Source: a virus (taxonomy: Duplodnaviria; Caudoviricetes). Taken from it: a stretch of 64,000 nucleotides of DNA. Made by a program: the position numbers and the translations under genes. Positions 55,769-64,000 of this stretch are shown in pieces. How positions within the stretch are numbered: the stretch's first letter is position 1; every line of letters starts with the position of its first letter. Location: the IMG/VR virus record IMGVR_UViG_3300033076_001145, positions 144,635-208,634 of that record; one strand, written 5' to 3'. The notes under the pieces are model-generated. The model worked only from the letters and a program-made list of their open reading frames with translations. It had not been told where the DNA came from and made no database searches.

Positions 55769-57431
55769 ATATCAAATTATAGTCGGTCATAAAGTCATTG
55801 TGAATATTTTCCCACGTCAATTGTCCGCTTTCCCCAAACTCAAACTTAATTTCCTTACTACCTGCACCTGTAATGAATTCCGCAGTAGGATTACCCCACA
55901 ACTTTTTATTCACTGTCTTTAATCTAACATCTAAGTAAAAAATTGCATCATCCCAACTTTCATCTAAAGTATTGTTAAATCTTCCAAGAGTTTGAACTCT
56001 TTTGAAAGCAACTGGTTTCATGTCCTCATTAATGTTTATCATACCAATCATAGGGCGATACTCAATTGACGCTCTATCACCATTTTCTTTACGAAGTGAT
56101 ATGATTAATGAACCTGGTCTATCCTGATAAGTCCTTACACAATTTGATTGATGAACGGACTCATCAACATACTCCTCACTCTTTTGGAGAATTACAGGTG
56201 TGAATATTGTTCCGTCTTTTAGTTCAATTGGTTTGGAAATCTTGTCAACAAATTCAGGTGAATAATGTCGGTTATATTTACCTTTAGTATAAAAATCAAC
56301 CTTGTCCGACCAAAGGGTATGCTCGGCTTGAAATTCTTTCAAGGTTTTAGAATTCCATCTAACGGGTTCATATTTAGATAATGTATCAAAAAATCTTATG
56401 TGGTCGTAAAAACTATGCACTGACAAATTCTCATCGGTTTTACAATCAAGATATGTCTTATAACAATTAATTAAATCCCGTTTTTTAAATTTGTCAAAGT
56501 ATCCTGGTGATGAGAATGGTGTTTCGTCATTTTTAACATTAAAAACAACACACAACTCTTCATCGGGTCTTTGTAAAATGAAATCTTTACCAAATACTTT
56601 AATAAGTTCCTTAATACTTTTAAAACAAGGAGTTTGAACTTTATGTAATATTTTTTTAACTTTTTCTGAATTTACATTATGTAATTTCATAAAAGTATCT
56701 ACGAACTTGAACCCATTCTTTTGATAATCTTTCTTAGTTGGTTTTGGGAACACATCATAAAATCCTCTCCAATTGTCGGATTTTTTAATACCCTGTTTAT
56801 CTAATAAACATCCAAACAAAGAAATAGGTAATTCCGTATATTTTTCAACTTTTTCCGCTCCGATTTTGGAAAGAAATACATTAACACCCTCAATTACATC
56901 ATTATTATATCTTCCCGTATCTTCAATACCATTCATAAATGAGTGAAAAAAATCCGTAGTTAAAGCCACAGGAAATGAATTTCTTCTAACCACACTTGCT
57001 TTACCTTTACCTCTTTTCTTATGGTATTCATTATTTCTACCAACAGTAAAGATATTGGTTTTCTTATTAAATGTGATGTAATTTAATTTAGTACTCTTAC
57101 GGAAAAATACCTCACCAACCTTTCTGTGTCTTCCACAATAGAATACCTTTAAACAAACCTTATCTTCACTCTCCTCAACAACAAAGGTACTTCTATATAA
57201 TGTCGCTTCACATAGTGGATTACCATAGTTTTTTAAAAATTCTTCTTCACTACCATTAACAGATTTATCAAAGGTATAAATGTAGTGTTTACCATCAAAA
57301 TAATCTTTATGAGGTACTATCTTCATCACCCCAAAATCCAAATTAGTGTCAGTCAACTCCCCTACCGGATTGTAGGGGAGATAGTAACCGACATAGAATT
57401 TTTTATTTACTATTTTGAACAGGTTTTCCAT
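55758..57431 (-). CDS. PcfJ-like domain protein
   Basis: C-terminal E...ES..Q.NCV.TY...IISLR...ASIE. Confidence 0.6.
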   Translation of the reverse strand: MENLFKIVNKKFYVGYYLPYNPVGELTDTNLDFGVMKIVPHKDYFDGKHYIYTFDKSVNGSEEEFLKNYGNPLCEATLYRSTFVVEESEDKVCLKVFYCGRHRKVGEVFFRKSTKLNYITFNKKTNIFTVGRNNEYHKKRGKGKASVVRRNSFPVALTTDFFHSFMNGIEDTGRYNNDVIEGVNVFLSKIGAEKVEKYTELPISLFGCLLDKQGIKKSDNWRGFYDVFPKPTKKDYQKNGFKFVDTFMKLHNVNSEKVKKILHKVQTPCFKSIKELIKVFGKDFILQRPDEELCVVFNVKNDETPFSSPGYFDKFKKRDLINCYKTYLDCKTDENLSVHSFYDHIRFFDTLSKYEPVRWNSKTLKEFQAEHTLWSDKVDFYTKGKYNRHYSPEFVDKISKPIELKDGTIFTPVILQKSEEYVDESVHQSNCVRTYQDRPGSLIISLRKENGDRASIEYRPMIGMININEDMKPVAFKRVQTLGRFNNTLDESWDDAIFYLDVRLKTVNKKLWGNPTAEFITGAGSKEIKFEFGESGQLTWENIHNDFMTDYNLIYDF

Positions 57432-58180
57432 TAACAGAAAGTTTCAGCAAGTTCCCAAAGTTTTGTATTAATCAAATTATCCATATTTAAGGATTGGATT
57501 CCCTTTACTGTACGAACATTACGACCTTGTTGTTTGATGAATCCACCACGAATCAACTTCTCTTGAACGACATTGAAGGTATTCCAAAGGTTGTCTTCCA
57601 TATCCCCGTCACGAAGTGGGTTGATGATGGTCTCCAAAGTTAAAGTTGAGATATCCTCAGTGTTCTTCCAACGAATATCAACCGCTTTAGATACGAAGTC
57701 AATTTTCTTATCCATATCCATTCTAACTTCCATCATACGGTCAACAGACTTTTGAATCTTTGGAGTGTTCAACACAAACTGTTCAGTAATCATTTCAACA
57801 TCACTCATACTCAAATTCAAGTGTGATTGTTTCATGTCACCGAATGTTGATACTGGAACGGTCAAACCGTTTGAACATACTAACCGGTATAAACCTGCTC
57901 CGATTTGTAGAGTGGAACCACCGTTATGTGAGTTTGTGATAACCGCTTCCAACAAAGAGTCTCCAACTTTTGGTAACTCTGAGTTACGAAGACGAACTTG
58001 GTGTTTAGCAAAAGATGTTTTACCAACTTGTTTTGCTGAACTAACTTCCCAACCATTTTGAATGAACTTATCAACCACTTCAATAGTGGGGACCATTGTG
58101 TAACGGTCAGACAATTTTGAAAGTTTCTCTGTTTGGAAAAGTGCTGGAACTGTTTGTCGAAGGTCTTGTAGGTTTATCAT
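57431..58180 (-). CDS. DUF932/DUF945 family protein
   Basis: SDRY..PT..KH.VRLR..NSHNG..GLYRLVCSNGL..LWNTFNVVQEKLIRGG..LW.LAE. Confidence 0.85.
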   Translation of the reverse strand: MINLQDLRQTVPALFQTEKLSKLSDRYTMVPTIEVVDKFIQNGWEVSSAKQVGKTSFAKHQVRLRNSELPKVGDSLLEAVITNSHNGGSTLQIGAGLYRLVCSNGLTVPVSTFGDMKQSHLNLSMSDVEMITEQFVLNTPKIQKSVDRMMEVRMDMDKKIDFVSKAVDIRWKNTEDISTLTLETIINPLRDGDMEDNLWNTFNVVQEKLIRGGFIKQQGRNVRTVKGIQSLNMDNLINTKLWELAETFC

Positions 58181-58417
58181 ATTATTTGGTGTTTTAATTA
58201 TGACTACAAAGATATGGTAATACCTCTTACAAACCAAATAAATTAATCAAACTTTTCAATAAAATAAATTACAGTTGATAATATAAAGAGTAATAAAACT
58301 GAACCCCATAGTGGTGAGAATACAATCCACCATGACCAATCAATATAATTAGTTAATTTCAATACAATAAATAAAAGGGTAATTAATCCAATAAAACTTA
58401 TTCTTGGTGGTTTCATA

Positions 58418-58720
58418 TTAATTTAGAATGATTTCTCCGTATTTTGTTTTAACATAAGGAACCAGTACCTCATAACTTATGGTTTTGGATTCTTTCTTTT
58501 TATTATTAATTTCCAATACAATATCTATCAATTGTTGATTAGTCAAAGTGATTTCCTCACCTTTCTTTAAATTCCCATAAACATATTGTCTAACCAACTG
58601 AAAGAAAATGTCTTTATTATCGTCACCAACCAAATCAATCAAATCATTTGGGTTCTTTTCAAAGAAGGTCACAAGTTGAGATATATAAATCTCGCAATCA
58701 ACATTCTTTTCCATATTCAT
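58418..58720 (-). CDS. hypothetical protein
   Basis: 100-aa ORF. Confidence 0.65.
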   Translation of the reverse strand: MNMEKNVDCEIYISQLVTFFEKNPNDLIDLVGDDNKDIFFQLVRQYVYGNLKKGEEITLTNQQLIDIVLEINNKKKESKTISYEVLVPYVKTKYGEIILN

Positions 58721-58767
58721 AAATTTTAGACAAAGGTACTAAAGTTTTCCCTTCTCATATAAATATT

Positions 58768-59607
58768 TTAATAATTCATAATAAGTAACTCTTCTCCCAT
58801 ATTTTGAGATTTTCCTTTCTTAGCCGCAGCAGCCTTTGCGAACTCTTTCTTCTCCCATTTATACTCCTCCTTTGGGAACCACTCATTAAGTAACTGAAAA
58901 TCATAATACGATAATGAAAACTTACCTTTAATATTTTTTAACACATTCGCAAGTCGTTCATGGTCATTTCGGTCAAAGTCATGATTTGAGTAATAATTCT
59001 CAGTTTTCCAGTATGGGGGGTCAACATAAAAATAAGTCGTAGGACTGTCAAACTCTTTAATAACATCCTCAAAATCACCCAATCTGAAATGACTAATCTT
59101 ATTGAAATGTTCCACCCATTCAGGTTTGGATAACTTATCTCTGAATGTAAGATATTTTGATTTATACTTCCCCTTCAAATCAATAAAAGACGATGTTTCA
59201 GGTTTGGACCCACTGAATACTTGTGTTAAAACATAGGCATATTTTGCAGCAACATCATAATCAGGGTAGTTAATGGTAAATCCTTCTCCGAATATCTCCT
59301 TTTGGAATGATTGAAATTGTTCTTTATATATTGATGGGGTAATTTCCTCCCCCTGTTCTTGGCAAGGTATTGAGTTAATTGCCGAAAGTAATATCTCAGG
59401 ATTCTGCAAACACATAAACAAGTTATAGTTTAATGGATTAAAGTCATTATAAACAACTCGTTTAAGATTTGGGTATTGTTTTAAATCCATATTAAAGAAA
59501 CACCAGAACATTCCTCCGAATGTTTCAACATATGTTTCCATGTCTTGTGGGTAGAATGGAACAATCCATTTACCAATTTTTGATTTTCCTCCGATATATG
59601 ATAACAT
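58768..59607 (-). CDS. Dam-family (D12 class) DNA adenine methyltransferase
   Basis: YIGGKS, YVETFGG, ND.N, YVDPPY. Confidence 0.9.
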   Translation of the reverse strand: MLSYIGGKSKIGKWIVPFYPQDMETYVETFGGMFWCFFNMDLKQYPNLKRVVYNDFNPLNYNLFMCLQNPEILLSAINSIPCQEQGEEITPSIYKEQFQSFQKEIFGEGFTINYPDYDVAAKYAYVLTQVFSGSKPETSSFIDLKGKYKSKYLTFRDKLSKPEWVEHFNKISHFRLGDFEDVIKEFDSPTTYFYVDPPYWKTENYYSNHDFDRNDHERLANVLKNIKGKFSLSYYDFQLLNEWFPKEEYKWEKKEFAKAAAAKKGKSQNMGEELLIMNY

Positions 59608-59621
59608 ATTCTAATTATAGT

Positions 59622-62045
59622 TTATTTTATTAAAAAACCAAGTTCATAAACCAACGGTCTCATTCTATCTTCCATTTGTTTATATAGATTTCTGAACTCT
59701 TTAAAATCTTCGGGTAAATATTCTTTCCACATAAGTTTAAGTTGAGCGTAACCTGAATCCCACGCTTTAAGATGATTCTCATCATTCGCAAACTCTTCTC
59801 TCATAACCATAGATTTTTTAACAAGGTCAGTCGCCTTATTTAATACAAGTTTAGCGTCAGATGATAATTTATCGTAAATTCCTTCTTCGCCAAAAAGTAA
59901 CTTATAAACATAACGTTCAGAATCAGTTCGAGCATCATTATACATACCATCATAATTGTACTCATTCGCAAGACCTAACATTTCTTCTTTAGACATCCAA
60001 AAAAATTCGTTTTTAATACTCCATATATTACCTTTATACATAAGTTGTCGTAATGAAGATTGTTCAGACGCATTATTAAATAAAGAATAAATAACTGAGT
60101 CAAATTTAAACTGCTCATAATTTTCATTATCTTTATTAGGTAATAAGTATTCATCCTTATCGTTCAACCAGTTTTGACCGACCGACTTCCTAGCATTAAA
60201 TAAAGAAATCGAATCATAGAAATTTTCTTTAGTGATTGGTTTACCCCCATTTGCGCTAACTTGACTACTAGCAATAAACACAACCCTTTGTTGCATAACA
60301 TTATTAGAGTCATTATTAATATATCCTAAAGCATTTTCAACTGAGAGTTTGTTTTTATTTAAATCTAATTTTAATGACGATTTTAAAACAGGTGAAATTA
60401 CAGTACTTTTATATTTTTTAAAAAACTCGTTAGCCTTTCTTCTATTATCACAATTATAAATTGTTTTCTCACCGTTTTTAAAAATACCATTAAAAGTATC
60501 AACATCCAAAATATCATGGGGATACTGATTGTCTATTTTTTCACCATTTATGAATGTTGAGAATGTAATCCCCCATTTATTTGACACGTCATTAAAATGC
60601 CCTGCATTAAATATAAAACCTTTGGTGAATAAGAATTTTTTATTAAATATTGTTCTTAATTCTTTAAATCCGTCACTTGACATATAATTAGGTTTATTAA
60701 AAATTGCAATATTAATATTATCTTTAGTATTTAATTTATAAACCTGATATAAAAACTGAGTAGATAATTGCGAAGATGATATACCTAACTTCAGTCCATT
60801 CATTTCTTTTCCAACTTTAGTATTAGAAATATCACTCTCATTATGTCCCTTATTTGGTGTAGATTTTTTATAAGGTGGGTTCACTAAAACAATAATTTCT
60901 CGACCATCTTCAATAACTTTTCGAAGTCCTTCTGGTAACAAAGAATAATCATCATTCAAAAAGTCATACTGAAATTTAATCGCTTCTGGGTTATAACCCA
61001 TCTGATTAGCCGTATCAATGTCAGATTGATTTAATGTTGAAACATATAGTTCTTTAAATTTATAATCTCTAGTCAGGTTACCTGTTCCCCAAGCCGGGTC
61101 CCATACAACATACTTCTCTTTCCAATCTTCACCAAACACAGAAGTTATATATTCATGAGCTTTATCAACCCAAATAGACGGGGTAAAAAATTCACCTTGT
61201 TTTCTTCTTGTAACATCCTCAACTAACCTATCTACAATAGATGTTAATACTTCTTTTTCTTTTGGCGAGTATTCCGATTTAAAGTGTCCAAAAAATGAAT
61301 TATAAACCTTTCTATTTTTAACAGGTATTTGACCTAAAGTTTTAGTAACGATACTACTAATTTTAGATAATGGATGTAAATAATTTTCAGTTGGGTTGAC
61401 CAAAATTTGGACAAATAGATTTGCCAACTCATTAGTTGATAGATTATTTTTACCAATAACATTTTTCATGAAATAATTAAATACCTCAGTTATATTATGG
61501 TTTGTAATTGGAATTAATCTTTTAACATTCTGAGTTAAATCTTTAATTTTCTCAATCACGTCATCTAATTGGTCAGGTGAAAAAATGAACGGATTAATCT
61601 TTTCATCCGCCATAACCATTTTAACAAACTCAAAGTTTTTCTCAACTACTGAAGATGGCGCAATGGACCAATCAAATTGCATTGATAGGTAATTAATTAC
61701 GTCATTTGTGTGAATAACAGTACATTCATCTCTATCCGCCAAAAATATTGTTGACGGTAATATTTTACCCTCTAACTCGAACTTTTTAATATAATATATT
61801 GCCTGACACAATACTGATGAAAGTCCTAATCGACTTTTTAAATCAACCTCTTCTTTGAATTCACAAAGTAATCGAATTTTTAGTTTTTCGTTCTCCCCAA
61901 AACCATCACACTTGTATGGTGATGTAAATGTAAGACCACTAATCTTTCTTGTTAGGAATTCACGGTAGTGGTGACTAACATCCATTTCATTAACCGCAAG
62001 AGTTAAATTATAAGCAGTTTGTCCTGATAGTTTCATATTATACAA
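59622..62045 (-). CDS. large N6-adenine methyltransferase with N-terminal PD-(D/E)xK-like region (type IIG/IIL-like R-M)
   Basis: CDG..CEFK..QA..Y; GEFFTP, DPAWGTG, NPPY. Confidence 0.7.
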   Translation of the reverse strand: MYNMKLSGQTAYNLTLAVNEMDVSHHYREFLTRKISGLTFTSPYKCDGFGENEKLKIRLLCEFKEEVDLKSRLGLSSVLCQAIYYIKKFELEGKILPSTIFLADRDECTVIHTNDVINYLSMQFDWSIAPSSVVEKNFEFVKMVMADEKINPFIFSPDQLDDVIEKIKDLTQNVKRLIPITNHNITEVFNYFMKNVIGKNNLSTNELANLFVQILVNPTENYLHPLSKISSIVTKTLGQIPVKNRKVYNSFFGHFKSEYSPKEKEVLTSIVDRLVEDVTRRKQGEFFTPSIWVDKAHEYITSVFGEDWKEKYVVWDPAWGTGNLTRDYKFKELYVSTLNQSDIDTANQMGYNPEAIKFQYDFLNDDYSLLPEGLRKVIEDGREIIVLVNPPYKKSTPNKGHNESDISNTKVGKEMNGLKLGISSSQLSTQFLYQVYKLNTKDNINIAIFNKPNYMSSDGFKELRTIFNKKFLFTKGFIFNAGHFNDVSNKWGITFSTFINGEKIDNQYPHDILDVDTFNGIFKNGEKTIYNCDNRRKANEFFKKYKSTVISPVLKSSLKLDLNKNKLSVENALGYINNDSNNVMQQRVVFIASSQVSANGGKPITKENFYDSISLFNARKSVGQNWLNDKDEYLLPNKDNENYEQFKFDSVIYSLFNNASEQSSLRQLMYKGNIWSIKNEFFWMSKEEMLGLANEYNYDGMYNDARTDSERYVYKLLFGEEGIYDKLSSDAKLVLNKATDLVKKSMVMREEFANDENHLKAWDSGYAQLKLMWKEYLPEDFKEFRNLYKQMEDRMRPLVYELGFLIK

Positions 62046-62149
62046 TATTAAATAGGGTTAGTGTTAAAATCAATTGCGATGCTAATATACGATAAAAAAA
62101 ATAAAAAAAATTTGTTTTTACTATTAAAATATACTTATCTTTGTAGAAC

Positions 62150-62283
62150 AATAAGGGAAGGTTCGGTATCCCTTTCAAAACGCGAACCGTCGGTATCCTA
62201 GCGGTAATGGGGATAGGGTTGAAATACCTCTCGGCCATAAAAGGAAAATTTCAAAAAAGGGGGAAGTAATTCTCCCTTTTTTT
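62150..62283 (+). ncRNA. small structured RNA candidate with pseudoknot
   Basis: TATCTTTG promoter at 62136-62143; AAGGGA/TCCCTT with loop GGTTCG pairing CGAACC; terminator 62256-62283. Confidence 0.5.
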
Positions 62284-62296
62284 ATATTTATATATT

Positions 62297-62821
62297 ATGA
62301 AGTTACTTTCACTATTATCAAATCTTATTTTAGAGTCCGACTTAAAAAGAAAATTTTTAGGTAAGACTGTGGTTGGTGGTGATGAAATAAAATTTTTCAC
62401 ATCTCCACACCAGTATTCTGACAGATTTGGTCAAAATAGTTTTGATGAGGTTCGTAACTATTATTTCACTATATTAGATAAGGGCACAATAGATGAAGAT
62501 GACATTAGATTTGCAGTTCCTGATAATATTTTAAGACAGTTGTTACCTGAAAAGATAGAACAAATTAAGGACGCATTCATTAATAATCCAAATTCATATA
62601 AAATTAGATTTGTTTTTAGAGACGAGAATAATGAATTTGAGGAGAAGTTTGACTACATTGAATTTGTATTAACAAAAAGTAAGGATATGAAATCTTTTAC
62701 AGTTGTTACTTCAGCATACTCAGATAATGGTGAATATCTAAGAAGAATGGGTAGATATGCTGAGCAAGACCCAAAAGTAATTTTAGAAAGATTTGATTTA
62801 CTTCTAACGATTTATTTATAA
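62297..62821 (+). CDS. hypothetical protein with ILES leader
   Basis: MKLLSLLSNLILES. Confidence 0.7.
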   Translation: MKLLSLLSNLILESDLKRKFLGKTVVGGDEIKFFTSPHQYSDRFGQNSFDEVRNYYFTILDKGTIDEDDIRFAVPDNILRQLLPEKIEQIKDAFINNPNSYKIRFVFRDENNEFEEKFDYIEFVLTKSKDMKSFTVVTSAYSDNGEYLRRMGRYAEQDPKVILERFDLLLTIYL

Positions 62822-62830
62822 TATTTCCTC

Positions 62831-63061
62831 ATGGAAAACATTGATAATATTATAGAAACTGAACCTGTATTAATTCAGGAACCGTCTAAAACATGTAGTA
62901 AATGTAATGAAAAGAAATCAAAAGAAAAAAAGACCTGTTCTAAGTGTAATAAGACTCGTCAAATCTTTTGGAAAACCGCAGTGATTGGTCTAACAACAAT
63001 CGCATTATCAATTTACGGATTAGTTCATTTAATAAGAAATATTATTGAATCTTTATCCTAA
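62831..63061 (+). CDS. small CSKC-repeat membrane protein
   Basis: KTCSKCN twice, C-terminal hydrophobic helix. Confidence 0.6.
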   Translation: MENIDNIIETEPVLIQEPSKTCSKCNEKKSKEKKTCSKCNKTRQIFWKTAVIGLTTIALSIYGLVHLIRNIIESLS

Positions 63062-63559
63062 AAGTCTTTTAAGGATTTCTTCTTTGGTAAGAGTGTTTGG
63101 GTTTCTTTTAACCTCTTTTTTCTTAGTTTCAGTCACAGTTGGTTCGACAGATTTTTTAACTTCCGCAACTTTAACTTTTTCTTCAACTTTTGGGGTTTCC
63201 TCGATTTGCTCAACAACCTGAACTTTCATTTTTGGTTTTTCTTCAATTTGTTCAGCAACTACCACATTAACCTTTTTGTTTGTTTTAACACTAAAGTCAG
63301 ATGACCACGGCTCAAAATATACATCATCAGCAATAACCTCAAGTCTCATATTACCAATTGTTCCTTCAGGTAAAAAATGTTTTGTTTTTGGTATATTAAC
63401 CTCACAAACACCTGTATTTTCAATATTACCATTAAACATATAAGACATTTCATCTGTCTCAACAACCAATCTTACTTTTGACTTGGATAATGATGTTCCC
63501 TCAATTTCAATGTTACAACTGAATTTATTGGGTTTGTCGGTATATAAACTGTATGCCAT
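63053..63559 (-). CDS. hypothetical protein
   Basis: 168 aa; beta-rich N-half, K/E/V-rich tail. Confidence 0.7.
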   Translation of the reverse strand: MAYSLYTDKPNKFSCNIEIEGTSLSKSKVRLVVETDEMSYMFNGNIENTGVCEVNIPKTKHFLPEGTIGNMRLEVIADDVYFEPWSSDFSVKTNKKVNVVVAEQIEEKPKMKVQVVEQIEETPKVEEKVKVAEVKKSVEPTVTETKKKEVKRNPNTLTKEEILKRLLG

Positions 63560-63573
63560 ATCTCATAAATATA

Positions 63574-63906
63574 TCAATTATTTAAATTTACATTAACTTT
63601 TATAGTCCTTTGTTCTTTTAATGATAATTCAACATCTTTTAGTTTAATTTTAACCTTTGTATTTTTGTTTTTATTGACCTTTTTTTCAAATTCAATCTCA
63701 TCAACATCGAGTCTCAAAAATAACTTAATAAGAACTTCCTTATCTTCCTCAGGTAAAGCATCGAGTCTTTCTCGTATCTTAAATGATGAAATTGCACCTC
63801 CACCACCTCCGATGACTTTTTCAATAACACAACCTTCCGCCCAAGTAAAAGGTGTATCAATCCAAGCAAAAGGTGCGTCATTCCACGCATAACAAATGGT
63901 AGCCAT
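63574..63906 (-). CDS. hypothetical protein
   Basis: 110 aa; W-x6 repeat N-terminus; TATTTATA upstream. Confidence 0.7.
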   Translation of the reverse strand: MATICYAWNDAPFAWIDTPFTWAEGCVIEKVIGGGGGAISSFKIRERLDALPEEDKEVLIKLFLRLDVDEIEFEKKVNKNKNTKVKIKLKDVELSLKEQRTIKVNVNLNN

Positions 63907-64000
63907 ACTATTTATAAATAACTTAAAATTTGTAAAATTAAAGCATGGCCGATATTAAAGACCAATTAATTAAGGATTCTTATAATTACGTATTACAATC

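Noticed and set aside
1-64000. Stop-codon recoding or suppressor tRNAs
   Set aside because: Known genes are intact in code 11 and no CTA/TTA/TCA anticodon was seen in a canonical tRNA
1-64000. Bacterial chromosome rather than phage
   Set aside because: Housekeeping genes are isolated (dnaK without dnaJ/grpE, clpP without clpX, rfbB alone) among orphan ORFs, HNH genes and a lysin; no capsid gene is in the window, so phage origin remains an inference

Overview
AT-rich window, almost all coding on the minus strand, most consistent with a large (jumbo-type) bacteriophage of a Bacteroidetes host. Support: TAnnTTTG promoters, T9SS-cargo genes, a GH19 endolysin, HNH nucleases, many short orphan ORFs, and host-like genes (dnaK, clpP, mgsA, rfbB, an HD alarmone-hydrolase-like gene, thioredoxin/glutaredoxin, methyltransferases). 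It holds 26 tRNA genes covering all 20 amino acids, including a tRNA-Leu(UAA) with a group I intron, rare Gly(ACC) and Ile(TAT) anticodons, and Lys/Trp/Met tRNAs with extra arms. Four unexplained systems stand out. (1) A ~100-aa paralogue family (7.7-15.1 kb) whose 3' ends carry a 36-nt CRISPR-like repeat resembling type VI-B (Cas13b) repeats, followed by unique 29-31-nt spacers, with no cas gene in the window. (2) Eighteen tRNA-Leu-like scaffolds (19.3-32.0 kb) with a constant acceptor/D/T frame and a different structured insert replacing the anticodon arm. (3) A codon-diverse 37-aa leader peptide with terminator/antiterminator upstream of the main tRNA cluster. (4) Several large or repeated structured ncRNA candidates. 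Calls come from reading the sequence by eye; no database searches were run.
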